Part shown: positions 19,526 to 30,450 of the stretch, piece after piece
How positions within the stretch are numbered: the first letter of the stretch is position 1
How the letters are laid out: every line of letters begins with the position of its first letter
NCBI GenBank assembly: GCA_041572575.1
Contig: JBFFSH010000014.1
Coordinates: forward strand, 1-44,643
DNA: 44,643 bases
DNA from: Thermodesulfobacteriota bacterium
Lineage (GTDB): Bacteria > Desulfobacterota_D > UBA1144 > Nemesobacterales > N074bin48
Direction of reading: 5' to 3'
Translations under genes and position numbers: made by a program
The notes under the pieces: model-generated
What the model was told of the DNA's origin: nothing
Database searches by the model: none
What the model saw: only the letters and a program-made list of their open reading frames with translations

Positions 19526-22360
19526 TTATATATTGTTTATACATGTAAGAAGATTTTTTACTTCAATGGGTTTAGTAAGATAATCCTTAAAACCCTCATC
19601 CAAGGCTCTTTGCACATTAACTTTCATTGCGTTGGCACTTAGTGCTACTACTGGTATGTGTTGGGTTTTTTCATTATCCATCAAATGTTTCAAGACCTCA
19701 TATCCATCCATTTCAGGAAGACCTATATCTAGAAGAATAAGGTCTGGATTATCTACATTCGCCATCTCTAATCCAATTTTAGCACTAGATGCTGTTATAA
19801 GATTATGATTAGTATGTTTTTTTAGTATATGAGACACCAACCTGATGTTAGGCTCTATATCTTCTATATATAGAATTGTTTTTGCCCCGTTAGTTGTAGA
19901 TTTTTTTACAATATCAATAGGATTTTCTTTAATAACAGATGGTGTTTCAGACTGACTTAGATTGAGATCAATCCAGAATGTAGAACCCTGCCCCGGCTCA
20001 CTCTCAACTCCTATAGAACCTCCCATCCTTTCTATAAGCCTCTTGCTTATCACAAGTCCAATACCTGTACCCTTTATTTGACTATCTTCTGCCCCCGCAC
20101 GATCAAACGGGTTAAATAGTTTTTCTATCTGCTGTTTAATAAGTCCTTTTCCGGTATCTATAACTTTTATACGTATCCGATCATCAACAATTTCATGGCT
20201 AATAGTTATTGTGCCTCCACTCTTGTTATATTTAACAGCGTTTGAGAGCAGATTAATTAACACCTGTTTTGTACGTGTATAGTCGGCATATATCATATGA
20301 GCTGAATTTGTAGTAACGTTATTGATTACCTGAATATCATGTTCTGCTGCAAGGGGTTTTATCAGGTTAAAACACTCGTTTACTATCTTGTTCAAACTTA
20401 TGTCCTTCATTTCGATTTCAATGTTGTCTGATTCTATTTTAGAAAGATCCAGCAGATCATTAATGATATTAAGCAGATGCTGGCCGGCACTGTGAATAAT
20501 ATAAGCATCTTTTTTATGTTCTTCATCCAGATTGTTGTCTTTACTGAATAACTCGGCAAAGCCAATTATAGCTGTGAGTGGTGTGCGGAGTTCATGACTC
20601 ATTCTCGATAAAAAATCAGTTTTTGCCATATTGGCACTTTGGGCAACATCTCTGGCTTCGAGCAGTTCCTTATTCATATGTTTTAGCTCCTGCTCGGCAA
20701 ATTTACGCCTGCCTACTTCTTCTGCAAGTTTACGGTTATAAAAATATAAAACACCCAGAACTAACACAAATACTCCAAGGATTTTCCAAAATAGACTGTA
20801 ATCAAACCCGTATTCATAGCGTACCCCTATCCACCTGTTATGAATCTCGTTTTTTTGTTCATCGGTAATAGAATCAAAAGCCTGCTGCATAATAGCAGCT
20901 AACTCCGGCCAGTCCTTTCTTATACCTACCCCCAAATCGTATCGGATAGGCATTTCACCCGAGATCTTAAGATTAGTAAGGCCTATTTTAGGTATAAGAT
21001 ATGATGTAGTTGCCAAATTCCCCACAAACGCATCTATTTTACCCTTTGATAAATCCTTCAGTCCATCGGTTGCAGACTTATAAGTTTTGACATTAATATC
21101 CGGATGGTTTGCTTCAAAATACTCATGTGTAGCATATCCCTCCACGACACCCACACTCATATGTTTTAATCTATTAACCCCGTCTATATATCCGCTTGTA
21201 TCAAGAGTCGTTATTACCATTGGAAACGATAGATATGGGCGTGTAAAGTTCAAATATTTTTCCCTTTGCGGATTACTTGCCACGCATGGAAATATATCAA
21301 GCCTCTTATCTTTTACATCTTCCACTACCTGCGGCCACAGTTTATCTTTCTCTACATAAAACTCTATTCCAAGCTTCTCCTCAATAAGTCTCATGTAATC
21401 CGAAGCAAGGCCCTTATACTCATTATTTTCATCTACCCATTCAAATGGAGGCCAGTTGATATCGGGAGCCAGTCTAATAACCGGGTGTTCTTTAAGCCAC
21501 TTCTTCTGTTTTTTAGTGAGATTGAGTTCACTTTTTTTAAGAATAGCATCCTTTTCAATTAGACTTGAAGTAAGCCATCTGTCATGAAGAAGTTTTTCCT
21601 CTTCACTGCTTATTGATTTAAAAGCCAGATCAATGATATCTCTTAATATTCCATTTTTTTTGGAAACACCTATGTGAAGCGCAGGGTTTGATACCTCTTT
21701 TAAATCAGCATCTGTAATGATTTTGACATTAGGTACAAAATTATTTTCTAATATATATGATACAAAACCAATGCTATCTATAAATGCTTCAGCTTTACCT
21801 ACCGAAACAGCCTTTATACCGTCTACAGTACTTGTTACCGGTATAATTTCTATATTCGGATAGTTCTCCATTAATGTTTTTGTTATTGAAAACCCATTAA
21901 CACCTGCAACTTTTTTACCGGATAATTGTTCAAGGTCACTTATATACTTACTATTTTTATTTACCACTATTACAGACGGCTGGGAATAATAGCTACTACT
22001 AAAATTTATAAATTCCTTCCTTTGTTAAGTTAAATATATAGCTGGCATGACATCAATCTCGCCTGCCTTAAATTTTTGCATTAACTGCTGCCATGTGTAA
22101 CCATTTACAAACTCGATACCTAACCCAGCCTTTTTAGCAATAAGTCGCATAAGGTCAACAGAATATCCCTTTGCTAATCCATCCTCGGCATAATCAAACG
22201 GAGGCCAGTCAATTTCGTTACCTACAATTATGGTTGGATTTGAGGATATCCAGGCCTTCTGTTCTTTAGTGAGATTTAGTACATCGCTTGCTGAAGAATG
22301 AAGTGGGCACAGAAGCCAGTAGCTTATAACAATACTTATAATAATCTTAAGCTTTTTCAT
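19526..22360 (-). pseudogene. BvgS/EvgS-like hybrid sensor kinase (2 periplasmic binding domains-TM-HisKA-HATPase-REC) interrupted by an in-frame TAA at 22025-22027
   Basis: ORFs 22025-22360 and 19526-21967 share one frame and read ...DVMPAIYLT*QRKEFINFSSSYYSQPSVIVVNKN...; DWPPF/NWPPF PBP motifs, MSHELRTP, NLLSNAVKY, LLDIGLP. Confidence 0.85.
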
Positions 22361-22408
22361 TTATCCAGGTTGCTATATGAGAAATACAATCTATAAAATA
22401 TACAGCTT

Positions 22409-24163
22409 CTATTTTTCTATTTCTACCTTTATCTTATTCTTAAGCCACAAATCCCGCTGCGGAAACGGAATTTCTACCCCTGCTTCCTTAAGCTCATACC
22501 ATCCCTTAAAATATATCTCACTTATAAGAGGATTTATTCTCCAAAGCATCCTGATGTTTATCCAGCAGAGTAAATTAAAAACAAGTGCGCTATCACCCAT
22601 TTCTTTAAACCAAACATTTGGTGCAGGACTCGAAAGGATAGAAGGATGGTCCTTGCTCACTTTCAATAAAATTTCCTTTATCTGGTTTGGATCGGATGCG
22701 TATGATACTCCAAACGGGATCCTGAGTCTTATATCACTATCAGAAAGTGAGTAATTTACTATCTGCCCTTCAATAAATTGTGAGTTAGGAATAACTATTT
22801 CTATGTTGTCAGTAGTCTTCACAACAGCACTAAGTACATCAATGCTCTCGACCCTGCCGTATATGGTCTCAAGTGTATTGCCAATTGCCCTCCCGGCATT
22901 ACCCTCTATCTCTATCACATCCCCTACTTTTAGTTTCTTGCTAAATAGTAAAATAAATCCGCTGATGTAATTGTTCATTATTGTCTGCAGACCAAAACCG
23001 ATTCCGATTCCAAGAGCACCCGCAAAGGGGATAAGCACTTTCCAGTTAAGCCCAAGTTGAGAGAGTGAAATAATAATCACCAATAAAAGTCCCAGGTTTG
23101 AAATAATTGCCCGTGTCGTTCCCGCCTCGATCTCTTTTCCTCTTTTATTGTAGGAAAGAAACGCGATGTTTTTAAACACTCCTATGAGAGAAAAAAGGAC
23201 AAGAAACAAAAATACTGATGATATGGCAGAGAAAAAAGAAATCTTAACAAGATCGGTTTTCAATATAAACAGAGACTGCAGATAGTGTACAAAATATCCA
23301 AAATTGAAGAAAGTTAGAAATATCTTATACAATCCGTACACAAGCAGCAGCTTAAGGAGCAGCTGTAATTTACTAAGAAGCTCTAGGTATGACTCGGACT
23401 GACTGAAAATTTTTGTTGCAAGCTGTGCTGTGGAGTAGGCCCTAAGGAATGCATAGACTAAAATAATAATTATACAAAGCACTAGCCCCCTGAATATGTT
23501 TGATGAAATATGAATAATCTCGAGTAGCCAGAGTACAGATACGATAAGAAACAATACAGAAATAAAAGGGATCAGGTTTTCAACAAGCCTCTGCGCTAAA
23601 ATACGTTTATCAGATATATAACCTGTTAAATTACCAGTACTTCTATAAAAAAATGTATAAAAGAGAAGCATCAATGAGATCTTTAATACAATTAAAAAGA
23701 ATTCATTAGTTTCAGCGTTGTTTGAAAAGCTTGCATTCAGATTAAGCACCAAATATGCAAACACACTGATAATCGACAGTACATAGATAAGTACACCCCA
23801 GGGTATATATTCAAATGATTTAAGCTTTATTAAGTTTCTTATAAAAAAGAATGCAAAATAAAGCTGCCCAATAGCATTAAACAAAATCTGGCTTACTTTG
23901 TCGCTTAATACTTCAGGTGCTATATACAAAACAAAAGCAAGAAAAATGAGAGGAAATAAAAGATCAATTATAAATAGAAAATATCGTTCTTTTGCAAAAT
24001 CGTGCGTGTCAACTGTTGTCCTGATTTTGTTCTGAAGTATAAGAATAATAAGTAGAATTACAGCATGAAAAATTACCGATGAGAGCTCGTTATGTGATCC
24101 GCTTATTATGTATCTAAAAAGCTCTGAAAATGTTATATTCAGTCCTTCAATAATGTTACCCAT
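22409..24163 (-). CDS. MscS-family mechanosensitive channel with extended N-terminal TM region
   Basis: GALGIGIGFGLQ-NYISG, KVGD-IE, IPNS-F, GVSY-SD, EIPFPQRDL. Confidence 0.9.
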   Translation of the reverse strand: MGNIIEGLNITFSELFRYIISGSHNELSSVIFHAVILLIILILQNKIRTTVDTHDFAKERYFLFIIDLLFPLIFLAFVLYIAPEVLSDKVSQILFNAIGQLYFAFFFIRNLIKLKSFEYIPWGVLIYVLSIISVFAYLVLNLNASFSNNAETNEFFLIVLKISLMLLFYTFFYRSTGNLTGYISDKRILAQRLVENLIPFISVLFLIVSVLWLLEIIHISSNIFRGLVLCIIIILVYAFLRAYSTAQLATKIFSQSESYLELLSKLQLLLKLLLVYGLYKIFLTFFNFGYFVHYLQSLFILKTDLVKISFFSAISSVFLFLVLFSLIGVFKNIAFLSYNKRGKEIEAGTTRAIISNLGLLLVIIISLSQLGLNWKVLIPFAGALGIGIGFGLQTIMNNYISGFILLFSKKLKVGDVIEIEGNAGRAIGNTLETIYGRVESIDVLSAVVKTTDNIEIVIPNSQFIEGQIVNYSLSDSDIRLRIPFGVSYASDPNQIKEILLKVSKDHPSILSSPAPNVWFKEMGDSALVFNLLCWINIRMLWRINPLISEIYFKGWYELKEAGVEIPFPQRDLWLKNKIKVEIEK

Positions 24164-24226
24164 GGTTGTTTGATATTATACTATAAAGATATAAATTGTT
24201 ATTAATTAAATAGTCTGAATTAAAAT

Positions 24227-25435
24227 ATGACAAGATCATTTTACATTTTATTCAATTTCGTACTATCAGTAGTTTTTCTCTCCTCAGTATGGGCAGATGA
24301 TAACAAAGAACCTATTGTAATAGGAATGTCCGCCGCATTTTCCGGTCAGTCTAAAGACCTGGGAAACGAGCTTCACCGTGGAATAATGACTTACCTGGAC
24401 TATGTAAATGAAAATGGTGGGGTAGACGGCAGGAAGGTTGTGATTAAGAAATATGATGATGGGTATAACCCAATACCGGCACTAAGAAATACCCTCAAAT
24501 TAATGAAAGAAGATAATGTATTACTTCTTTTCAGCTATGTGGGCACTCCTACTGTAACAAGGGTGCTGCCTCTGCTCAAACTAAATAGCTCTGATCATTT
24601 TTATCTATATTTCCCATTTACAGGAGCACAACCCCAAAGAGAAGCACCTTATAATGATTTTGTTTTTAATCTAAGACCTTCATACAGAGATGAAACTGCA
24701 GGTTTGGTGAAAAATTTTATCAATATTGGAAAGAAGAATATATCTGTATTTTACCAGGCTGATGCATATGGCAGGAGTGGATGGGCAGGGGTAAGAAAAG
24801 AACTAAATAAACATGGCCTTAATATCACAGCTGAAGCAACATATAAAAGAGGTTCAGAGTATAGTGATAGTTACAAAAAACAGGTAGGCATTCTAAAGGA
24901 GGCTTCTACAGATGCTGTTGTTGCAATTGGCTCCTATGCTGCCTGTGCGGGATTTATAAGAGACGCAAGAGATGCCGGCTGGAATGTGCCCATCGCTAAC
25001 CTTTCATTTGTTGGAAGTGAAAGCCTGTTAGATCTACTAGTGCAACAAAATAAAACCGGTGGGAAAGACCATACTGTTAATCTTATAAACTCTGAAGTAG
25101 TACCTAATTATCGTGATACTAGTATTCCAGTAGTAAATGAATACAGAAAACTTTCGGGCATTAATAACAATAGTTCAGATAATGATCTTAGTTTTGTAGG
25201 TCTGGAAGGTTTTTTAAATGCTAAACTTCTTGTTCATGTGCTTACAGTTATGGATGGAAAAATCGAAAGGAAGCACTTGAAACAAGTTACTGAGAGTATA
25301 CGCGATTATGATATCGGACTGCCCGATAAAATATCATTTGGCACTGGTAAACATCAGGCACTGGATACTGTCTACTTTAATACTGTAAAAGACGGAAAGT
25401 GGATTAACATTAATAATTTTGAATCATTCAGATAA
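24227..25435 (+). CDS. Periplasmic solute-binding protein (LivJ/type 1 PBP family)
   Basis: Signal peptide; IGMSAAFSG, NENGGV-GR, DDGYNP, YVGTPT, EGF-NA. Confidence 0.85.
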   Translation: MTRSFYILFNFVLSVVFLSSVWADDNKEPIVIGMSAAFSGQSKDLGNELHRGIMTYLDYVNENGGVDGRKVVIKKYDDGYNPIPALRNTLKLMKEDNVLLLFSYVGTPTVTRVLPLLKLNSSDHFYLYFPFTGAQPQREAPYNDFVFNLRPSYRDETAGLVKNFINIGKKNISVFYQADAYGRSGWAGVRKELNKHGLNITAEATYKRGSEYSDSYKKQVGILKEASTDAVVAIGSYAACAGFIRDARDAGWNVPIANLSFVGSESLLDLLVQQNKTGGKDHTVNLINSEVVPNYRDTSIPVVNEYRKLSGINNNSSDNDLSFVGLEGFLNAKLLVHVLTVMDGKIERKHLKQVTESIRDYDIGLPDKISFGTGKHQALDTVYFNTVKDGKWININNFESFR

Positions 25436-25437
25436 AA

Positions 25438-26988
25438 ATGTCTAGACTGTTTAAAAGAACTCTGATCATAATTATCATCCTATTCGGTGTTATTGCTACA
25501 CTTACCTCAGCACTCTCTGGCTGGAACATCTATAACGGTCTATCCAAAGAATTCACAAGTAAAGGGCTATCAATTGCAACCAGTATTTCTGATTCGAGTG
25601 TTGAAATACTTCTAAACAGGGATCTATCTACGCTTCAGTCAGTGATTGATCAGTATCTCAAAATTGAAGGAGTATCGTATGTGCTTGTTGAAAATAATGA
25701 AGGTGAAATCGTTTCTCACACATTTGTCCCGTCTGTTCCGGCTGAAGTCATACAACGTAATACTAAAAACAATGACTCCTTTTTAAAAGAGAAACACACG
25801 ATCCGAGATTTAACCATTAAAGGAAGGGGAGAATTCATAGATATATCCGTGCCAATATTGGGCGGTGTTGCAGGTCAGGTTCAGGTTGGTATGGACAAGA
25901 GTATTATCAAGAATGAAATTGTTTCCATTATTGCAAAACAGCAGGCACTAATGTTTGTTATATTTTTATTTACCATAGGACTTTCATATTTCTTTATTAA
26001 CCGAATATCTAAACCGTTAAATGCTCTAACAGATCAGGTAAAAAACATCACAACCAAAGAATTAACCGTTCAAAATATTAATGAATCACAAATTAAGAGC
26101 ATTGCGGATAATTCTCAGGATGAGATAGGCGATTTGGCAAGATCATTTATAAATATGGAAGTAGAGTTAGTTGACTATATTAGTAAACTAACAGAAACAA
26201 CCGCTGAAAAAGAACGAATAGAGAGTGAACTGCAAATTGCACACGATATACAGATGGGTTTCCTGCCGCAGAAATTCCCACCGTTTCCTGAGAGAAACGA
26301 ATTTGAAATATTTGCAAATCTAATTCCTGCTAAACATGTAGGAGGAGATTTCTACGATTTTTTCTTTCTGCAGGACGATGAATTTACTTATAAAGGTAAT
26401 AACAAACTTTTTTTTGTAATTGGAGATGTATCGGGCAAAGGTGTACCAGCATCACTTTTCATGGCTCTTACTAAAACTCTGCTAAAAGCAAAGGCTTCTT
26501 CAAATATTAAACCTAGTCAACTACTCGCAGCCGTAAACAGGGATCTTTGTGTAGATAATGAAAGCTGTATGTTTGTCACCGTTTTTTGTGGTGTTCTGGA
26601 TGTTGATTCGGGAGAGTTTGAATATAGTAACGGGGGCCACAATCCGCCATATATAGTCTCAAAAACAAGGGGAGTAAGAATGATTGAAGGTGAAACAGGT
26701 ATAGCTCTTGGTATTCATGATGAAGCTAAATTTGTAACCTATAAAGAAAAGCTTAGTGTTGATGAAGGACTGTATCTGTTTACAGATGGCGTCACAGAGG
26801 CTATGGATATAGACTATAATCTGTATTCCGAGGAGCGTCTTGAGAAGTTTCTGGGAAAACTAAACGGATGCTGTGAGACTGAGCTACTTGTAGAAAGTTC
26901 AAAGGCTGAAGTAGTAAAGTTTACCACAGGCGCCGAGCAGTCAGATGATATTACAATTATGGCAATTAAATATCTGAGTCAGTCATAA
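25438..26988 (+). CDS. Membrane sensor HAMP + PP2C/SpoIIE phosphatase
   Basis: TM-extracytoplasmic domain-TM, HAMP (SQDEIGDLARSF), VGGDFYD, GDVSGKG, FTDGVTEA, SDDIT. Confidence 0.88.
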   Translation: MSRLFKRTLIIIIILFGVIATLTSALSGWNIYNGLSKEFTSKGLSIATSISDSSVEILLNRDLSTLQSVIDQYLKIEGVSYVLVENNEGEIVSHTFVPSVPAEVIQRNTKNNDSFLKEKHTIRDLTIKGRGEFIDISVPILGGVAGQVQVGMDKSIIKNEIVSIIAKQQALMFVIFLFTIGLSYFFINRISKPLNALTDQVKNITTKELTVQNINESQIKSIADNSQDEIGDLARSFINMEVELVDYISKLTETTAEKERIESELQIAHDIQMGFLPQKFPPFPERNEFEIFANLIPAKHVGGDFYDFFFLQDDEFTYKGNNKLFFVIGDVSGKGVPASLFMALTKTLLKAKASSNIKPSQLLAAVNRDLCVDNESCMFVTVFCGVLDVDSGEFEYSNGGHNPPYIVSKTRGVRMIEGETGIALGIHDEAKFVTYKEKLSVDEGLYLFTDGVTEAMDIDYNLYSEERLEKFLGKLNGCCETELLVESSKAEVVKFTTGAEQSDDITIMAIKYLSQS

Positions 26989-26996
26989 GGCTTGAA

Positions 26997-27389
26997 TTAA
27001 CCCATTTTTCCAAGCACTTTATCGATTATACTATTTACTGCATCATCATTTTTTTCTCTGAAATAACTCTCGAATACAGGAAAGAATTTCATAGCCATAT
27101 CGCTTCCCAGATCAAGCTTGGAAAACCCTGCGCCAAGTTTGGAAATTACAGCCAGTTTTTCTCCTCCGCTTCCAAGTCCCGAGGCAAGCCCTCCCACTTT
27201 TCCTAGAAACCCTCCGGTCTTTGGAGCCGAAGCGAGTATATCTTCTATACCTGTAACGTGTTTAGCGATTTCAGAAAAATCCGAGGAGTTAAGCTTATCC
27301 TTAGCTACCTGAAAAATTAACCCCGCTCCTCCCATAGCCTGTGTGTGATTAACTCCCAGGTTTTTAATTAGAAGTTCTATCAGATCCAA
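26997..27389 (-). CDS. DUF2780-like (VcgC/VcgE) protein
   Basis: LGV---QA-GGAG-IF--AK-KL---DF--IA pattern, Gly-rich middle; TTG start. Confidence 0.65.
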   Translation of the reverse strand: MDLIELLIKNLGVNHTQAMGGAGLIFQVAKDKLNSSDFSEIAKHVTGIEDILASAPKTGGFLGKVGGLASGLGSGGEKLAVISKLGAGFSKLDLGSDMAMKFFPVFESYFREKNDDAVNSIIDKVLGKMG

Positions 27390-27421
27390 TTTTCTCTCCC
27401 GTAATACTATATCTATACAGA

Positions 27422-28888
27422 TTATATGTCTGCAATACTGTTAAGTCTTATACCTTTCACTGCGATCTCGGGTGCGTGTATAACTTCTTCAGCATCCCAG
27501 AGCTGTGTGGGCTTTTTTTCTTTTGATATTCCAATTACATCATTTAATAGTTTAACAAAATTATCAGTGATTCGTACTGAGTTGGGTTTTAGTGCAGAAA
27601 TAATCTTTCCGTTTTCTATTATATATGAATCACCAATGACCGTCCCCGTGAAGTCTGCCTTAGCAAGTCCGTACACAGGATAAAGATACCAGAGCCTGCC
27701 AATATAAATTCCATTTTTTACCTTAGATAATAATTCGGCTGAATCAGTCTCTCTATTTCCTTCAATTACAAAGTTGGTTGCATAAATGGAATTTTGTCTC
27801 TTATAGTCCCTTCCACCACCTCTGCCAAACTTAAACCCGTTCCTTGCCGGAAATTCTATAATATTTGATTGCAGTTTTTTAGCGTAATAATTATTGGTAA
27901 GAAATCCTACAAGCCGTCCTTTCTCTATTAAATCTGTCCTTCCTGTTAACACTCCTTCACAAGTAAATCTTTTTGAAGCAGGCCCTTCTTTCATAGATCC
28001 ATCATCATAAATATTAAGGTTTTTATTAGCTACGATCTGACCGATTTTTTTTCCGTACGGAGAATTGCCTTTATCAATGGAGTTGAGTGATAAAGCAGAG
28101 ATGATCATCTCTGAAAATAGCATCGCAACTGCCTGCGGGCCAAATATTACTTTATATTTGCCTGACTCTATTCGCTTTCCGCCAATGGAGTTTATAGCAC
28201 TCTTTGCAGCCATACTTCCCGCAATAGTCGGATCAAAATCATTTATTGAATTTCCAACATTCCAGCCGGTTCCCTTTGCATTTTCATTTTCTATCATTGA
28301 AGTAACAGCAGAAGAAATAAATTGTGATGTGTCAGAAGCAAAGAGACCATTGGTGTTTCCCACTGCCATTTTCTCTAAGAGTATATTAATATCTCCACCA
28401 ACTATGAGACTCTTTGAATAATTCATTTTCTGAAATTCTTTAATTGCAGATTCTAATGTTTTCCAACCAAGTGAAATAATATGTTCTTCTGAAACTTCAT
28501 TATCAAAGTTAATGTCTGCTGTCTGTATATCTTTAGTATCTGAAGATGTATCCGGAAGTGATTTATAGTCCGGATCAAGTACGGCATTTACTCTTGCTTT
28601 TGAAAGTGCATTCTTTACTCCATCCAGAGATATATCGGCAGTCTCACTGCCATAACCTGTCTTGAGTCCCTCGGTAGTTTTGAAACTTGCAAAAACACCC
28701 ACGCCGTAGCCCAGGATGTTCTTTGGTTCTTGCACCCCGCTGCAAGGGATGTCTGATGTATAGTTTAGCCTTACGGTAATATTGTCGTACCATGATACGA
28801 ATACCTCGACATCCTGTATATCACTTTGAGATTTAATATAGTCCAACCCTTGTTTAACAACTTTCCGGAGGTCATCTAATTCTATCAT
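27422..28888 (-). CDS. pmbA: TldD/PmbA family protein (PmbA/TldE-like, non-catalytic)
   Basis: SGKY-VIF-P-AV, DDG, EG, LIE-G-L, DFTG; lacks HExxxH; overlaps the tldD stop. Confidence 0.75.
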   Translation of the reverse strand: MIELDDLRKVVKQGLDYIKSQSDIQDVEVFVSWYDNITVRLNYTSDIPCSGVQEPKNILGYGVGVFASFKTTEGLKTGYGSETADISLDGVKNALSKARVNAVLDPDYKSLPDTSSDTKDIQTADINFDNEVSEEHIISLGWKTLESAIKEFQKMNYSKSLIVGGDINILLEKMAVGNTNGLFASDTSQFISSAVTSMIENENAKGTGWNVGNSINDFDPTIAGSMAAKSAINSIGGKRIESGKYKVIFGPQAVAMLFSEMIISALSLNSIDKGNSPYGKKIGQIVANKNLNIYDDGSMKEGPASKRFTCEGVLTGRTDLIEKGRLVGFLTNNYYAKKLQSNIIEFPARNGFKFGRGGGRDYKRQNSIYATNFVIEGNRETDSAELLSKVKNGIYIGRLWYLYPVYGLAKADFTGTVIGDSYIIENGKIISALKPNSVRITDNFVKLLNDVIGISKEKKPTQLWDAEEVIHAPEIAVKGIRLNSIADI

Positions 28889-30426
28889 TTTCTTCCCCCG
28901 GTGAGTTTTGCTATTCCTCTCATCGTTGGCCCGCCATTTCCCACGCGCTTGACCTGCATCGGTTGTCCCTTACCGCAGTTTGGCATGGGGTATAAAACGA
29001 AATCATTTCCAACTGCGTCTATGCTCATAAGATACTTCTTCGAATCAGAAGTTATGCCGCCGCTTCTGTATGTCTTTACTATTTCACCTTTTTCAATCTT
29101 TGACACCCTTCTTGCAGAAATGCTGAAGTTTTCTCTCGACTCTCCAATAGACGGAGTGTGATGACCTTGGAGGTAGTAGCCATCGTCAACTTCTTTAATT
29201 ATTTCTTCCGGATCGGAACCGCCACCGTCAAACACCGTGTTTGTCATTCTTACTACAGGAATGTACTGAGAGCCGGAGGTCTGCATCGCTCCGTTTGGTT
29301 GTTCTTTTAAAATAGCTGCACTCTCTCTGCTGTTTAAAAATCCCCTGAATATTCCGTTTTCTATGTGTGTTACACGTTTGCCTTTCACTCCTTCGGAATC
29401 GTAACCATAAAATCCGTATCCACTTATATTGGAATCCGAATAAGCTGTCACAAGAGGAGATGCAATCTGTTTTCCTATCTGGTTTTCCTTGAGGTTTGTA
29501 AGAAGCCAGCTCCTACCCGCATAAGCCGTTTCCATCTTAAGCGCCCTGTCGGCCTCAACCGGGTGGCCAACTATTTCATGTACGACAAGAGCATTAAAGT
29601 GAGGGTCGGTGACAACTATAACATCTTTATCCGGTGGTTCAATGATGTCTGCCTTTGATGTTTCTATAGTCTCTGCCGTAAGATATGTCGCAAACTGCTT
29701 TATATCAGTTCTAAAAACATTTTTTCCTTCCAGCACTTCCCAGCCGCCTTGTGCTCCTAGCTGATCATAGTTGTATTCGTCTCCTACAAGTACATAAATA
29801 AATCCCTCTGTTAACGGAAAAGTCTGATCGATAAATGAACCTTCGGTTGAGACGAAAAGTTCCCGTATTATTTCTGTTGAAAGAGAAACTACATTGTAGC
29901 CGTTTTTTGAATACTGCTCTTCAATATCCTTGGAAATTAAAACCGCTTCATTAACTATCTTATTAAGTGATGTATCATGCGGATTTTGCTCAAAAGAAAC
30001 TTTTACTTCATCCTGATATACTTCAATCTTTCCAAGATCGGTGCTTCTAAGTGAATCACTCAAATTACCAAGGGACGACTTTATATCATGTTTATGTTTG
30101 GAATTAATAAGCGCCCTGCTATGTGCCTTTTCAATAGACTCTTTTAATATCTTATCAAATTTACTAAAATCACCCGGGCCTAAAAACCTTCCGGAAAACC
30201 CCGATGCCAGCATCTTATCTCCGGCTATAACTCTTATCCCAAGAGAAAGATCAGTCTCATCACTGCTACTCTTTGCAACCCCTTTTTCGGCAGTCGCAGT
30301 CTTTATATGATGCGCCCCAACCCGAACATCAATATAGTAACAGTGCTTTAGACGAGACTTACTATCCGCAACAATCCCTTGCGCTTTATCCTTTATTAGA
30401 TCAATACTTTCGATTCCAGAACTCAT
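28885..30426 (-). CDS. tldD: TldD metalloprotease
   Basis: HEIVGH-EADR Zn motif, YDSEG, RMTNT, CGKGQP...GGP. Confidence 0.85.
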   Translation of the reverse strand: MSSGIESIDLIKDKAQGIVADSKSRLKHCYYIDVRVGAHHIKTATAEKGVAKSSSDETDLSLGIRVIAGDKMLASGFSGRFLGPGDFSKFDKILKESIEKAHSRALINSKHKHDIKSSLGNLSDSLRSTDLGKIEVYQDEVKVSFEQNPHDTSLNKIVNEAVLISKDIEEQYSKNGYNVVSLSTEIIRELFVSTEGSFIDQTFPLTEGFIYVLVGDEYNYDQLGAQGGWEVLEGKNVFRTDIKQFATYLTAETIETSKADIIEPPDKDVIVVTDPHFNALVVHEIVGHPVEADRALKMETAYAGRSWLLTNLKENQIGKQIASPLVTAYSDSNISGYGFYGYDSEGVKGKRVTHIENGIFRGFLNSRESAAILKEQPNGAMQTSGSQYIPVVRMTNTVFDGGGSDPEEIIKEVDDGYYLQGHHTPSIGESRENFSISARRVSKIEKGEIVKTYRSGGITSDSKKYLMSIDAVGNDFVLYPMPNCGKGQPMQVKRVGNGGPTMRGIAKLTGGRK

Positions 30427-30450
30427 ATATATAGTTTTAACCTTTTATAA

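Noticed and set aside
19345..19548. 67-aa plus-strand ORF and the many 60-160 aa ORFs nested in or antisense to larger genes (e.g. 22377-22754, 28065-28421, 43641-44054, 44039-44515)
   Set aside because: They overlap well-supported genes or AT-rich intergenic DNA and have no motifs or RBS support
22025..22027. Stop-codon reassignment or Sec/Pyl readthrough
   Set aside because: The codon is TAA, which terminates many normal genes here, and it is a single isolated case
27422..30426. TldD/PmbA as part of a RiPP cluster
   Set aside because: No precursor peptide, YcaO or other maturase adjacent
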